Shown piece after piece: positions 55,050 to 64,000 of a DNA stretch of 64,000 nucleotides. Numbering within the stretch: the first letter of the stretch is position 1; each line of letters starts with the position of its first letter. Origin of the DNA: Pseudomonadota bacterium. GTDB lineage: Bacteria; Pseudomonadota; Alphaproteobacteria; Rhizobiales; Rhizobiaceae. The notes beneath the pieces are model-generated. The model worked only from the letters and a program-made list of their open reading frames with translations. It had not been told where the DNA came from and did no database searches. The stretch spans positions 4,117 through 68,116 of the forward strand of contig JBCDDX010000017.1 in assembly GCA_039180085.1 (NCBI GenBank). The letters run 5' to 3'. A program made the translations under genes and the position numbers.

Positions 55050-55778
55050 TCAGAGCGGGGCTGCGATGCGTGTGATATTTACCGCCGCACCAAGCGCCTG
55101 TCGCAGGTTGCGGGCCGCAATCTTGGTGTTGGAGGGGAACGCCACAACAACATCGCCGCCATAAATTCTGGGGTCTCGCTGCTTGCCCTTGCGGATTGCG
55201 GAGAGATCATAATTCGCAACAAGTTTCTTGTTCGGGAACTCGCGAAATACGTAGACTTTTTTCTCGTCGGAAATGGCGGTCAGGCCACTGCCCAAGGCGA
55301 CGGCCTGCAGCAGGGTGGTTGTGCTGCTTGTGGAATAAATGCCCGGTTTCACGAACTGGCCGTCAAGCGTCATGCGTTGTCCCGCCGATTCCTTGATGAA
55401 AATCGTGATATCCGGAGACTGGAGATAGTTCGCACCGTATTTCCGCTCCAGCTCAAGTTCGAGCGCCGAGACTGACTTTCCGGCAGCTTCCACCGCGCCG
55501 ACGAGCGGCATGGAAAACCGTCCATTGGAATCAACCTGAACGGTTTTGTCGAGTTGATCCACCTGGAAGACATCAACTTCCAGAATGTCCCCCGGTGCGA
55601 TTGGTTGGTCAGCACCATCGCGGGTGTTTTCCGGTGGGGGAAGCGTCGCCACGATGGTCAGATCGCCATCCTTCTGACCGGGAACCGCATTGCCTGCGTT
55701 CTCGGCTTCAAGACCGGCAACTGTTGTGTTCGTGCAGCCGGCGAGCGCAAGTCCCAAGCTAAGCAGGAAAGGCGTCAT
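55050..55778 (-). CDS. wza: polysaccharide export lipoprotein (Wza/OPX)
   Basis: Lipobox LAGC; IAPGDILEVDVFQ, MPLVGAVEAAGKS, YLQSPDITI; start uncertain (ORF extends to 55859). Confidence 0.85.
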   Translation of the reverse strand: MTPFLLSLGLALAGCTNTTVAGLEAENAGNAVPGQKDGDLTIVATLPPPENTRDGADQPIAPGDILEVDVFQVDQLDKTVQVDSNGRFSMPLVGAVEAAGKSVSALELELERKYGANYLQSPDITIFIKESAGQRMTLDGQFVKPGIYSTSSTTTLLQAVALGSGLTAISDEKKVYVFREFPNKKLVANYDLSAIRKGKQRDPRIYGGDVVVAFPSNTKIAARNLRQALGAAVNITRIAAPL

Positions 55779-55924
55779 CAATTTCGCGCCAGCGGTTTTT
55801 GCACCGCGACCGGCGCTCAGCAAATTCAACACTTCTATGACCCCTTGTTGAGCCTGCACTGTATCAGAACAGAACCGATTTCAGAAACAACATAAGATGG
55901 TGGCAACAACACGGCGGCCATGTC

Positions 55925-56773
55925 TCATGTTGGAATTCGTTCACGCCCGGCTGGTTTGAAAGAACTCTTTCTGTTCATCCATCCAAACAGGCGGCCTTTT
56001 GCAGACGTTTGGTCAGTCTTATCGGCACTTTGCGCCTTGATGCCATAAACCGTGCGGTCAATGGGCGCATCCGCGAGAATTTTTTCGGGGTTGCCCCGCA
56101 CCAGACGCCATGCGACTTCGGTTCCCAGACGGTTTTCGATCGCCTCTCGTGCCTCGGTCAATCCGGGTGGTCTGCCTTTGATATTGTGCGCATCCGTCGC
56201 GATGACATCGACGAGACCATCATCCAGCATGCGGTCAGACAGTCTCTGTGCCATTTGACCAAATCGTCCGGTTATCGACGCTGCCGTCAATTGTATGACA
56301 ACGCCCAATTTATGCATGTCCTGAACGAGAGAATAGCGGGTTGCGAGCCAGGATAGTCTTTCAGGGTGCGTCAACACGGGCACAAAGCCCTGAGCGATCA
56401 ACCGTCGGCAGAAGCCGACGATATTGGGCGGCGCGATGTGGTGAGACGGTTCAAACAGAAAGTATCGCGTGTTGTTGAGGGTCAGTATGTCGCCCGATTT
56501 GAGCTTCTCTAACATGTCGAAACACACATGGGCATCGCAACCCGAAACGAGCGTGAGATCGAGCGACCTTGCCTTGAGTTCTCCATCCAGCATGGCGATG
56601 GAGGTTAATATGTCGTCTGAACGGTTTTCATAAACTTCTGGCATGACGTGGGGCGTGCAGGCCATATGGGTCACACCATCGGCCAAAGCCAATTCCGCCA
56701 TGCGGACAGACATCGCCATGTCGGTCGCGCCATCGTCAATTCCAGGTAAAATATGGGAATGAAGATCGATCAT
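55925..56773 (-). CDS. PHP-family tyrosine phosphatase (CpsB/CapC)
   Basis: MIDLHSHILPGIDDGA, CTPH, LTHPER, IATDAH. Confidence 0.9.
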   Translation of the reverse strand: MIDLHSHILPGIDDGATDMAMSVRMAELALADGVTHMACTPHVMPEVYENRSDDILTSIAMLDGELKARSLDLTLVSGCDAHVCFDMLEKLKSGDILTLNNTRYFLFEPSHHIAPPNIVGFCRRLIAQGFVPVLTHPERLSWLATRYSLVQDMHKLGVVIQLTAASITGRFGQMAQRLSDRMLDDGLVDVIATDAHNIKGRPPGLTEAREAIENRLGTEVAWRLVRGNPEKILADAPIDRTVYGIKAQSADKTDQTSAKGRLFGWMNRKSSFKPAGRERIPT

Positions 56774-56843
56774 GCCGCCCGATCAAAAACGCACAACTCA
56801 AAAAACGAAGCAATGTTCGAACATCAAAAATGGTCAGACATAA

Positions 56844-56871
56844 AAATGGGCAGAAATTAAACTGCCCATTT
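56844..56871 (-). terminator. Rho-independent terminator after the small secreted-protein gene
   Basis: AAATGGGCAG-aaattaaa-CTGCCCATTT stem, with an A-run at 56842-56846 forming the U-tract on the - strand. Confidence 0.7.
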
Positions 56872-56889
56872 CAATATCAAAATTTCGAA

Positions 56890-57384
56890 TTAAGGGCTCG
56901 CAGGTGGCCCGATATCGTCGTCATCGTCATCATCAGTCGCTGCAACAATCGCAACGCCGATCCAGCCTGCAACCACGGGTGCAAGACCTCTCAATGAGAA
57001 GTTAGGGCCAGAACCGGTTGTGTTTGCGGCGACGGTTTCATTGACGTTCAGGCAAATGTTGTTCTGGTTGCCGGCAGCCTGCAGAAACGATGCTGTGCTG
57101 TTCGGGTTCAACGTAACCTGGCAGGATGGACCAACGGAAATGACCGCCTGACCGTCGGCGCCGGTAACGACCTGACCGCCGGTTGTAATATTGCTGCCCG
57201 TTGAGGCGGCAACAAAACCATTGCCCTGAGAGATCAGTACATCGCCGCTGGCGCTTGTGATACTGGTGGAAGCTGCTGGGCCGATGCAGGTACAATCAAC
57301 AGCGCCTTGCGCAAATGCGCTGGACGAAGTGAAAGCTGCAGACGCGACCAGAACTGACGCAACGAAGGTCGAGCGGAGAAGCAT
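56890..57384 (-). CDS. secreted Ser/Thr/Gly-rich protein with a C-terminal hydrophobic segment and an Asp7-IGPPASP tail
   Basis: Signal peptide ending AFA; four Cys; beta-rich (FecR-N-like) core; GLAPVVAGWIGVAIVAA followed by TDDDDDDDIGPPASP. Confidence 0.75.
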   Translation of the reverse strand: MLLRSTFVASVLVASAAFTSSSAFAQGAVDCTCIGPAASTSITSASGDVLISQGNGFVAASTGSNITTGGQVVTGADGQAVISVGPSCQVTLNPNSTASFLQAAGNQNNICLNVNETVAANTTGSGPNFSLRGLAPVVAGWIGVAIVAATDDDDDDDIGPPASP

Positions 57385-58082
57385 TTTCGATCCCTAACCA
57401 ATTGTTTCAGATGAATACCGTTAGGGAAGCTCTATCAAAAAGTCGTTTTTTTGCAAGATGCATTTTCGCCACAGTCGCCAGATTTTAACCGTTTTAAAGA
57501 GTCGCGCAATTGAACCCAATTTTGCCATAAGTCTTACGATTGCAAGGCAGAACAGGGAAAGGTCGGCCCACGCGGTCAGCACGCCGCTTGCCCAGAAGCA
57601 CTCGCAGAGACGTTGCGTCGGCCGTTGTTTACGAATGTTCTCCGCTCGTATCCGGCGTTCGTGCTTAGAACTATGGATTCACATGTGAATCTATGACGGA
57701 TTGCTTCAATGCATTTTCAAACAGGAAGCAAATTGAGCCTCATCCTTTGCTGATTCCCTTTTTGGGATTGACCAAATGATCGACATCTTGGGAAAGACTG
57801 GGCTGTTAAGGTCGGTTAATTGATGCAAATCCATTGCATGCCACGCGTGAGAAACTTTTTCCCTGGAGCTGAAATAAATCGTGATGACAATCAGGGGCGT
57901 TTCACCAGTCGCCCGGCAACTTTACCGCCTTGAAACACAATTAATTTTCGGTTTACTTCCGAAAAGCAATTATAAGTAAAGTATTTTCTTTTATGCAACT
58001 ATAAGTTGCATATTTTCTTCAAGATATAGCCTGAAATTTGTAGTACGAAATCGCGACGATAAGACTTCTTGGTGGATCGATA

Positions 58083-60464
58083 TTGTCTGGCGTTTTCCCG
58101 GTAATCATGTGTGGCGGAATCGGCACGCGCCTTTGGCCCATGTCGCGCCCGTCCCGCCCTAAGCAGTTTGTTCCGTTTTTTGATAACGTGTCCCTGTTTT
58201 CCAGCACCGTGAGGCGGGTGATTGGGATCGAAGACTACAAACGCCTGATTGTCGTGACCGGATCTGATCAACTGGACTGGGTTGAAGATCAACTGGAACA
58301 GATTGGCGTCACCGCCGATATAGTGCTGGAGCCGGAGGGACGGGATTCTGCGCCTGCGGTCGCTGCCGCCGCAGTTCATATCCAAAGACTGGATCCTGAC
58401 GGGATAGCCGTTATTACGGCCTCAGATCACCACATCCCTGATGGCGACCATTTTGCACGCGAGATCGGCAAAGCACTTGATGTCGCAAGGCAAAGCCGCA
58501 TTGTGACGCTGGGTATCCAGCCAACGGAGCCGAGTTCGGCCTATGGTTATATCAAGCCCGCGCAGACCAGTGGCGACGTGGCTGATGTCGACATGTTTGT
58601 CGAGAAGCCGGACATCGAGACGGCGAGTGACTACATAAATGAAGGCTATCTGTGGAATTCCGGCAATTTTATCGCCAAAGCCGAAACGCTTGTTCAGGAG
58701 TTTGAGCGCCAGGACCCAGATGTTCTGAAACCTGTCATTCTTGCCTACGAAACAGCTCTCGTCGCGGGCGATGTGATACAGCTCGGTGACGCATTTCGGG
58801 AAGCCCGGAAAATATCGGTCGATTTTTCCATTATGGAGGGCACAAAACTCGCGTCTGTCTTGAAGAGTGATCTTCAATGGTCCGATGTTGGCGCGTGGAA
58901 TGCGGTTCATGCCGTGCAAGCCGCAGACGACGCTGGCAACACGACCCTTGGTGACACGTTTCTGTTTGAGAGCAAAAACTGCAATATACGCACCACTGAC
59001 AACCGGCTTGTTGTCTTGTCGAATGTCAGCGATATCAACGTTGTGGTCGATGATGATGTCATTCTGGTGTCGGATCTTAAGCAGTCGCAGGCTGTCAAAG
59101 AAGTTGTTGATCGCCTTAAAGCCGATGGGCATTCGAAACTTGACCTTCAGACATCGCAGAAAACGATTGCCCAATGGGCGGCAAAACTGACGGTCTGGCT
59201 CAGCGCCTCTGCTCTGCCGGTCTGGTCAAGCATGGGATTCGATACCGAATCGGGCCTGTGGCGCGAGAATCTTGATGTCTCGGGCAATACGGCCGCCAGC
59301 ACTATCCGAGCACGAGTTCAGGGGCGTCAGAACTACGTTTTGGCTTTGGCCGCCAAAAACAATTGGCCCGGCAACTGGCGTGCCGTTTTTAACCTGTCTG
59401 ACGCTGGTATCAGAAGCGCTTATATCCGTTCCGATGGTCTTTTGAGAACGTTGGTGCGCGTGAATGGCGAGAGTGCCGACGATACCGCCTTGCTTTACGA
59501 TCAGACATTCATGCAACTGGCCATGCTTGCCCGTATCGGGTTGAGCACAAAACCGACGCTGCGCACACAGTTGCAGTCAGCGCCGACACCTCATGCTCTG
59601 CAATACCATGCCTTGAGCCCGCCAGATGCAGCATCTGCCGACACCGGTTTTGCTGAAGCGTCAGCCACATTCCAGAGTTTCCCCGACGCTCCTGTTCTTG
59701 CAGCAAAAGACTACGATCATCTCGTCATGGAAGCCTTCGAGGAAAGGGACTTTGGAGGCTCTGGCCTGTTTACTGAGGCAGGCAGTCACAAGCATTTGGC
59801 CAACCCCGTTATGCACAGTCTGGAAGTTGCTTTGGTTGGCTATGAGGCGTTTGTCGACGAACCTGTTGAGCAGACCAAATGGAAAGAGCGCGCATCAAGG
59901 ATTGCGAATTTCGCGTTGAAAAAAATGGTTTCGCCAGACAATGGCAGCATTGTCGAGCGCTTTGACGAAGCGTGGCGTCCGATGGCGATTGCGGGCGATC
60001 ATTTTATCGAGCCGGGGCACCAATTCGAATGGGCATGGCTTTTTGTGAAATGGTCCAGAATTTCCAACTACAAACAGTTTCTGAGTGTGGCGCGGCGCCT
60101 TTACGATGTTGGCATGAAGGGCCGTAATCCTTCCAATGGTGCGATCATTCAGCATCTGAATGCCGAACTTGAGCGTGTGGAGGGTCCAGCACGCCTTTGG
60201 GCTCAGAGTGAGTGGGTTCGCGCATCTTTGATTCTGTTTGAGGAGGCCGACAAAACTGAGCGGTCCTTTTATAAACGGCAGATAAAACGGTCACTTGCAG
60301 TGTTGTACCGCTATCTGGAGACGGAAACGACTGGCTTCTGGCACGATAAAATGCGTGATGATGGGACGTTCGTCGATGAGCCGAGCCCAGCCAGCAGCCT
60401 TTATCATATCGCAACGGCTATCGAGCAGATCAAGGAAACGGCGCAGCGCTTTCCCGATATCTAG
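58083..60464 (+). CDS. manC: mannose-1-phosphate guanylyltransferase fused to an AGE-family epimerase/isomerase
   Basis: PVIMCGGIGTRLWPMSR...PKQF, EPEGRDSAPA, FVEKPD, WNSGNF, WSDVGAW; C-terminal RARVQGRQ, LYDQTF, NPVMH, EPGHQFEW, RLWAQSE, SSLYHI. Confidence 0.85.
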   Translation: MSGVFPVIMCGGIGTRLWPMSRPSRPKQFVPFFDNVSLFSSTVRRVIGIEDYKRLIVVTGSDQLDWVEDQLEQIGVTADIVLEPEGRDSAPAVAAAAVHIQRLDPDGIAVITASDHHIPDGDHFAREIGKALDVARQSRIVTLGIQPTEPSSAYGYIKPAQTSGDVADVDMFVEKPDIETASDYINEGYLWNSGNFIAKAETLVQEFERQDPDVLKPVILAYETALVAGDVIQLGDAFREARKISVDFSIMEGTKLASVLKSDLQWSDVGAWNAVHAVQAADDAGNTTLGDTFLFESKNCNIRTTDNRLVVLSNVSDINVVVDDDVILVSDLKQSQAVKEVVDRLKADGHSKLDLQTSQKTIAQWAAKLTVWLSASALPVWSSMGFDTESGLWRENLDVSGNTAASTIRARVQGRQNYVLALAAKNNWPGNWRAVFNLSDAGIRSAYIRSDGLLRTLVRVNGESADDTALLYDQTFMQLAMLARIGLSTKPTLRTQLQSAPTPHALQYHALSPPDAASADTGFAEASATFQSFPDAPVLAAKDYDHLVMEAFEERDFGGSGLFTEAGSHKHLANPVMHSLEVALVGYEAFVDEPVEQTKWKERASRIANFALKKMVSPDNGSIVERFDEAWRPMAIAGDHFIEPGHQFEWAWLFVKWSRISNYKQFLSVARRLYDVGMKGRNPSNGAIIQHLNAELERVEGPARLWAQSEWVRASLILFEEADKTERSFYKRQIKRSLAVLYRYLETETTGFWHDKMRDDGTFVDEPSPASSLYHIATAIEQIKETAQRFPDI

Positions 60465-60473
60465 CGCCGAAAG

Positions 60474-61427
60474 TCAGCCGGTTTCATGTGCCAGAAAATC
60501 GGCATAGGCATGGGCGAGACCGGAAGGCAGATCAATCGTCGGTTCCCAACCCATTGCGCGCAGTTTGTTGGCCGCCATCAGTTTGCGCGGTGTGCCATCG
60601 GGTTTTGAGAGATCGGTTTTCAACTCCCCTTCAAAACCCACAACGTCCATAATCATGCGGGCGAGATCACGAATTTGCAGATCGGTTCCCGAACCGACAT
60701 TCACGTGCTCATGGCCGGAATAGTTTTTCGACAGAAAAACGATGGCATCGGCACAGTCGTCAGCGTGAAGGAATTCGCGATAGGGTGTGCCGGTGCCCCA
60801 TATTTCGATATGTGACGCACCTGCCGCCTTTGCCTCGTGCGCCTTGCGCAGGAGCGCAGGAATCACGTGGGAATTTTCCGGGTGAAAATTGTCACCCGGT
60901 CCATAGAGATTGGTCGGCATCACTGAAATGAAGTCAGAGCCATATTGTTTGCGATACGCCTGGCACAGTTTGATCCCGGCGATCTTCGAGATCGCATACC
61001 ACTCATTGGTCGGCTCCAATGGACCGGTCAACAGAGCGTCCTCGGTGATCGGCTGATCGGCGAATTTTGGATAGATGCAGGATGACCCGAGCAGAACCAG
61101 TTTGTTCACGCCGCAAGTGTGGGCAGCGTGGATGATGTTGGTTTCAATGACGAGATTTTCGTACAGAAAATCGGCCGGATAGGTGTCATTGGCCATGATC
61201 CCGCCCACCTTGGCGGCGGCGAGATAGATGATGTCCGGCTTGTTGTCGGCGATCCATGCCTCAACATCGGCCTGACGCAACAGGTCAAGTTCGGCGCGTG
61301 TCGCCGTCAAAATCTCGGACGGATTCTCTCGCTCCAGCCTGCGCACAATCGCTGAGCCGACCATGCCGCGATGGCCAGCCACCCAAATACGCTTGCCTTC
61401 GAGATCGAAAACGCCCTGATCAGTCAT
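60474..61427 (-). CDS. fcl: GDP-L-fucose synthase
   Basis: [54 protein letters not shown]. Confidence 0.93.
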   Translation of the reverse strand: MTDQGVFDLEGKRIWVAGHRGMVGSAIVRRLERENPSEILTATRAELDLLRQADVEAWIADNKPDIIYLAAAKVGGIMANDTYPADFLYENLVIETNIIHAAHTCGVNKLVLLGSSCIYPKFADQPITEDALLTGPLEPTNEWYAISKIAGIKLCQAYRKQYGSDFISVMPTNLYGPGDNFHPENSHVIPALLRKAHEAKAAGASHIEIWGTGTPYREFLHADDCADAIVFLSKNYSGHEHVNVGSGTDLQIRDLARMIMDVVGFEGELKTDLSKPDGTPRKLMAANKLRAMGWEPTIDLPSGLAHAYADFLAHETG

Positions 61428-62487
61428 ATCGGTTGCTTCTGTCCGACTCGCTTGCAACGAGTGCCAGATCGCTTTGGACCATTTCAGACACCAGCGTTTT
61501 GAACGGCGTGGTGAACGTCCAGCCCAAAACCTCTTTTGCCTTGGTGGGATCAGACAACAGCAGTTCAACTTCGGTGGGGCGGAAATAGCGCGGATCGATC
61601 TGCACCAGAACGGCACCCGTCTCGGCATCCTTGCCCACTTCATCGACCCCTTCGCCGGACCAGACGATTTCACGGCCAATATGGCTAAAGGCGAGTTCAA
61701 CGAATTCGCGCACCGAATGGGTTTCGCCCGTGCCGAGCACGAAATCATCCGGCTCGTCCTGTTGCACGATGCGCCACATGCCTTCGACATAGTCTTTCGC
61801 GTGGCCCCAGTCGCGTTTGGCATCGAGATTGCCGAGATAAATTCGGTCCTGCATGCCGTGATGGATTGCAGCCACCGCGCGGGTGATCTTGCGCGTCACA
61901 AAAGTCTCGCCCCGCAAAGGGCTTTCATGGTTGAACAGGATGCCGTTTGAAGCGTGCATGCCATAGGCCTCGCGGTAGTTCACCGTGACCCAATAGGCGT
62001 AAAGCTTGGCAGCCGCATAGGGGCTGCGCGGGTAGAAGGGGGTGGTTTCCTTCTGCGGTGTTTCAACCACCTTGCCGTAGAGTTCCGAAGTCGAAGCTTG
62101 ATAGAAGCGTGTTTTCTTTTCGAGCCCCAATATCCGAATGGCTTCCAGTATCCGAAGCGCGCCGATTGCATCGGAATCGGCTGTGTATTCCGGGGTTTCG
62201 AAACTCACCTGCACATGGGATTGGGCCCCCAGATTGTAAATCTCGTCCGGCTGTGTGGACTGTATCACCCGTATCAGATTGGTTGCATCGACCAGATCAC
62301 CGTAGTGGAGGTGAAGACGAACATCCTTTGAATGAGGGTCGGCATAGAGATGGTCGATCCTCGACGTGTTGAACGACGACGAACGGCGTTTGATGCCATG
62401 GACAATATAGCCCTTGTCCAAAAGCAATTCTGCCAGATAGGCGCCGTCTTGCCCGGTAATGCCGGTGATCAGTGCAGTTTTGGTCAA
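61420..62487 (-). CDS. gmd: GDP-mannose 4,6-dehydratase
   Basis: TTG start at 62487; [56 protein letters not shown]. Confidence 0.93.
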   Translation of the reverse strand: MTKTALITGITGQDGAYLAELLLDKGYIVHGIKRRSSSFNTSRIDHLYADPHSKDVRLHLHYGDLVDATNLIRVIQSTQPDEIYNLGAQSHVQVSFETPEYTADSDAIGALRILEAIRILGLEKKTRFYQASTSELYGKVVETPQKETTPFYPRSPYAAAKLYAYWVTVNYREAYGMHASNGILFNHESPLRGETFVTRKITRAVAAIHHGMQDRIYLGNLDAKRDWGHAKDYVEGMWRIVQQDEPDDFVLGTGETHSVREFVELAFSHIGREIVWSGEGVDEVGKDAETGAVLVQIDPRYFRPTEVELLLSDPTKAKEVLGWTFTTPFKTLVSEMVQSDLALVASESDRSNRYD

Positions 62488-62767
62488 TTTGATAATCCAG
62501 AGAATGTCTTTGCCGGCGTTTGTGCTGGCTTGGTGATATAAGCGGGTACGGGATACCCGTACAGTTATCTGTCGGCAAGCGACGAATTGTAAACGCGATT
62601 CAGAAACCTTGTGCCGTCGACAGCACATCCGTTTTCAATTGTTTCAGCCGATGAATAGATTGCAATCGGTGTGTTTTGCCCTATTGCCAATGCTATAAGG
62701 CGTGGGTTTGTTTTGGATTTCATTTATGTCTCTCCTTTCAGTACGCTAGTCACAGGATATTCTCTGC

Positions 62768-63790
62768 ATGAAATTTCTGGTCACAGGCGTTGCCGGTTTC
62801 ATCGGGTTTCACACTGCCCTGCAGCTGCTTGAAAACGGGCATGATGTCGTCGGCATCGATGTCATGAACGACTATTATGACCCGGCGCTGAAACGGGCGC
62901 GGCTAGAGCAGATCAATCTCAGGCTTGCCAAATCGAACCATCAGTTTGAATTCGTGCAGGGCAATATCGCCGATGGTGAGGCGATGGGTCAGGTTTTCGA
63001 GCGACACAAGTTCGACCGGATCATCCATTTGGCCGCCCAGGCCGGTGTCCGTTACAGCATGGAAAATCCGCAGGCCTATGTGGAATCCAATGTGGTGGGT
63101 TTCACCCATCTGATTGACATCGCTGCCAAACAGGCCGTGCCGCATTTTCTCTACGCATCAACCTCCAGTGTCTATGGCATGAACACGCAAATGCCGTTTG
63201 CCGAGCACCATGCCGTTGACCATCCGTTGCAGTTTTATGCCGCAACAAAACGGGCCAATGAACTGATGGCCCACGCCTACAGCAATCTGTACCAACTGCC
63301 GACGACGGGGTTGCGTTTCTTCACGGTCTATGGCCCATGGGGGCGGCCAGACATGTCTCCCTTCCTGTTTGCCAAAAAGATCGCATCGGGCGAACCCATC
63401 GATGTTTTTAATCATGGCAATCACTCGCGCGATTTCACCTATATCGATGATATTGTCGACATGATGCTGAAGGTCGCGGATTGCCCACCAGCGGCTGATC
63501 CGGACTGGACTTCTGCATCGGGCACGCCCAACACATCCTCCGCTCCGTTCCAGATTTTCAACATCGGCAACAGCGCGCCGGTCAACCTTCTGGCTTTCAT
63601 CGAGAAACTGGAAGCCGCATTTGGCCGCAAAAGCGAGCGCAATTATCTGCCCATGCAGCCCGGCGACGTGGCCGATACCTATGCCGATGTCAGCGCGCTT
63701 TTTGAGGCGGTGAACAGCAAACCCAAAGTCTCGATAGAAGAAGGTGTCCAGCGATTCGTCCGCTGGTATCGGGACTATTACGGGGTCTGA
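62768..63790 (+). CDS. UDP-glucuronate 4-epimerase (LspL-like extended SDR)
   Basis: TGVAGFIG, HLAAQAGVRYS, YAATK, LRFFTVYGPWGRPDM, PMQPGDV. Confidence 0.9.
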   Translation: MKFLVTGVAGFIGFHTALQLLENGHDVVGIDVMNDYYDPALKRARLEQINLRLAKSNHQFEFVQGNIADGEAMGQVFERHKFDRIIHLAAQAGVRYSMENPQAYVESNVVGFTHLIDIAAKQAVPHFLYASTSSVYGMNTQMPFAEHHAVDHPLQFYAATKRANELMAHAYSNLYQLPTTGLRFFTVYGPWGRPDMSPFLFAKKIASGEPIDVFNHGNHSRDFTYIDDIVDMMLKVADCPPAADPDWTSASGTPNTSSAPFQIFNIGNSAPVNLLAFIEKLEAAFGRKSERNYLPMQPGDVADTYADVSALFEAVNSKPKVSIEEGVQRFVRWYRDYYGV

Positions 63791-63800
63791 GTGTTGGGTT

Positions 63801-63965
63801 TTTTGGCCTCACGCTGTCAGCCCTTCGGGCTTTCGCTTGGTTTGTTTGGCGCTCACGCTGTCGGGCATTTCTTTGTCCCCGGTCGAGGTCCCCTCGACCA
63901 CGCCGCTTGGAGCCCTTCGCCAAGCGGGTGCGGGGCTTGGCCCCGGCTCGCTCTTCGCTCGCTAT
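63801..63965. repeat. GC-rich REP-like imperfect repeats
   Basis: CTCACGCTGTC at 63808 and 63852; GCTCGCTCTTCGCTCGC near 63946; TGTTTGGCGCTCA at 63843 is also present at 21468. Confidence 0.35.
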
Positions 63966-64000
63966 GTCGAGAGGCTTTCCCTTGGTGCTCCTTATTTGGT

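Noticed and set aside
57458-57688. 76-aa ORF in the long intergenic region
   Set aside because: No RBS, no motif and atypical composition.
59160-60464. AGE domain as a YihS-type sulfoquinovose isomerase for the SQ locus
   Set aside because: It is fused to ManC beside gmd and fcl, 30 kb away, and the SQ locus already has an SqvD-like isomerase.
60474-62628. Long N-terminal extensions on fcl and gmd, suggesting a large overlap or fusion
   Set aside because: Artefacts of choosing the longest ORF; family motifs begin at 61427 and 62487, giving an ordinary 8-bp overlap.
63791-64000. CRISPR array or IS end
   Set aside because: The repeats are short and irregular, with no constant repeat-spacer period, no cas or transposase gene and no clear terminal inverted repeat.

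Overview
64 kb of a GC-rich alphaproteobacterial chromosome, with Rhizobiales/marine-type gene content. I found no rRNA, tRNA, CRISPR array, transposase or integrase. In order: (1) an aglEFGAK alpha-glucoside operon followed by an enolase-superfamily gene; (2) a Dpp/Opp-type ABC system whose ATPase carries a Lys/Ala-rich linker and a C-terminal HhH domain, flanked by an Fe/2OG-like oxygenase and a class I glutamine amidotransferase; (3) a 4-hydroxyphenylacetate/homoprotocatechuate pathway split into two blocks (hpaH-D-E and hpaR-B-C) that share a TTAA-N4-TTAA operator; (4) between those blocks, a TRAP transporter, Sel1 protein, di-heme MauG/CcP protein, LacD/YihT-type aldolase, SqvD-like isomerase and GH188 SqgA-like enzyme, which I read as a hybrid sulfoquinovose catabolic locus with no kinase in the window; (5) a ~27 kb Wzx/Wzy polysaccharide locus that contains a gene-transfer-agent head-spike-like pair (DUF2793 plus a LamG-like fibre), a nitroreductase/pyruvyltransferase pair, a second O-antigen-ligase-type protein with a TPR-like partner, a small secreted protein with an acidic C-terminal tail, and a ManC-AGE fusion. 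All family calls come from motif recognition by eye and from memory; no database search or alignment was run.
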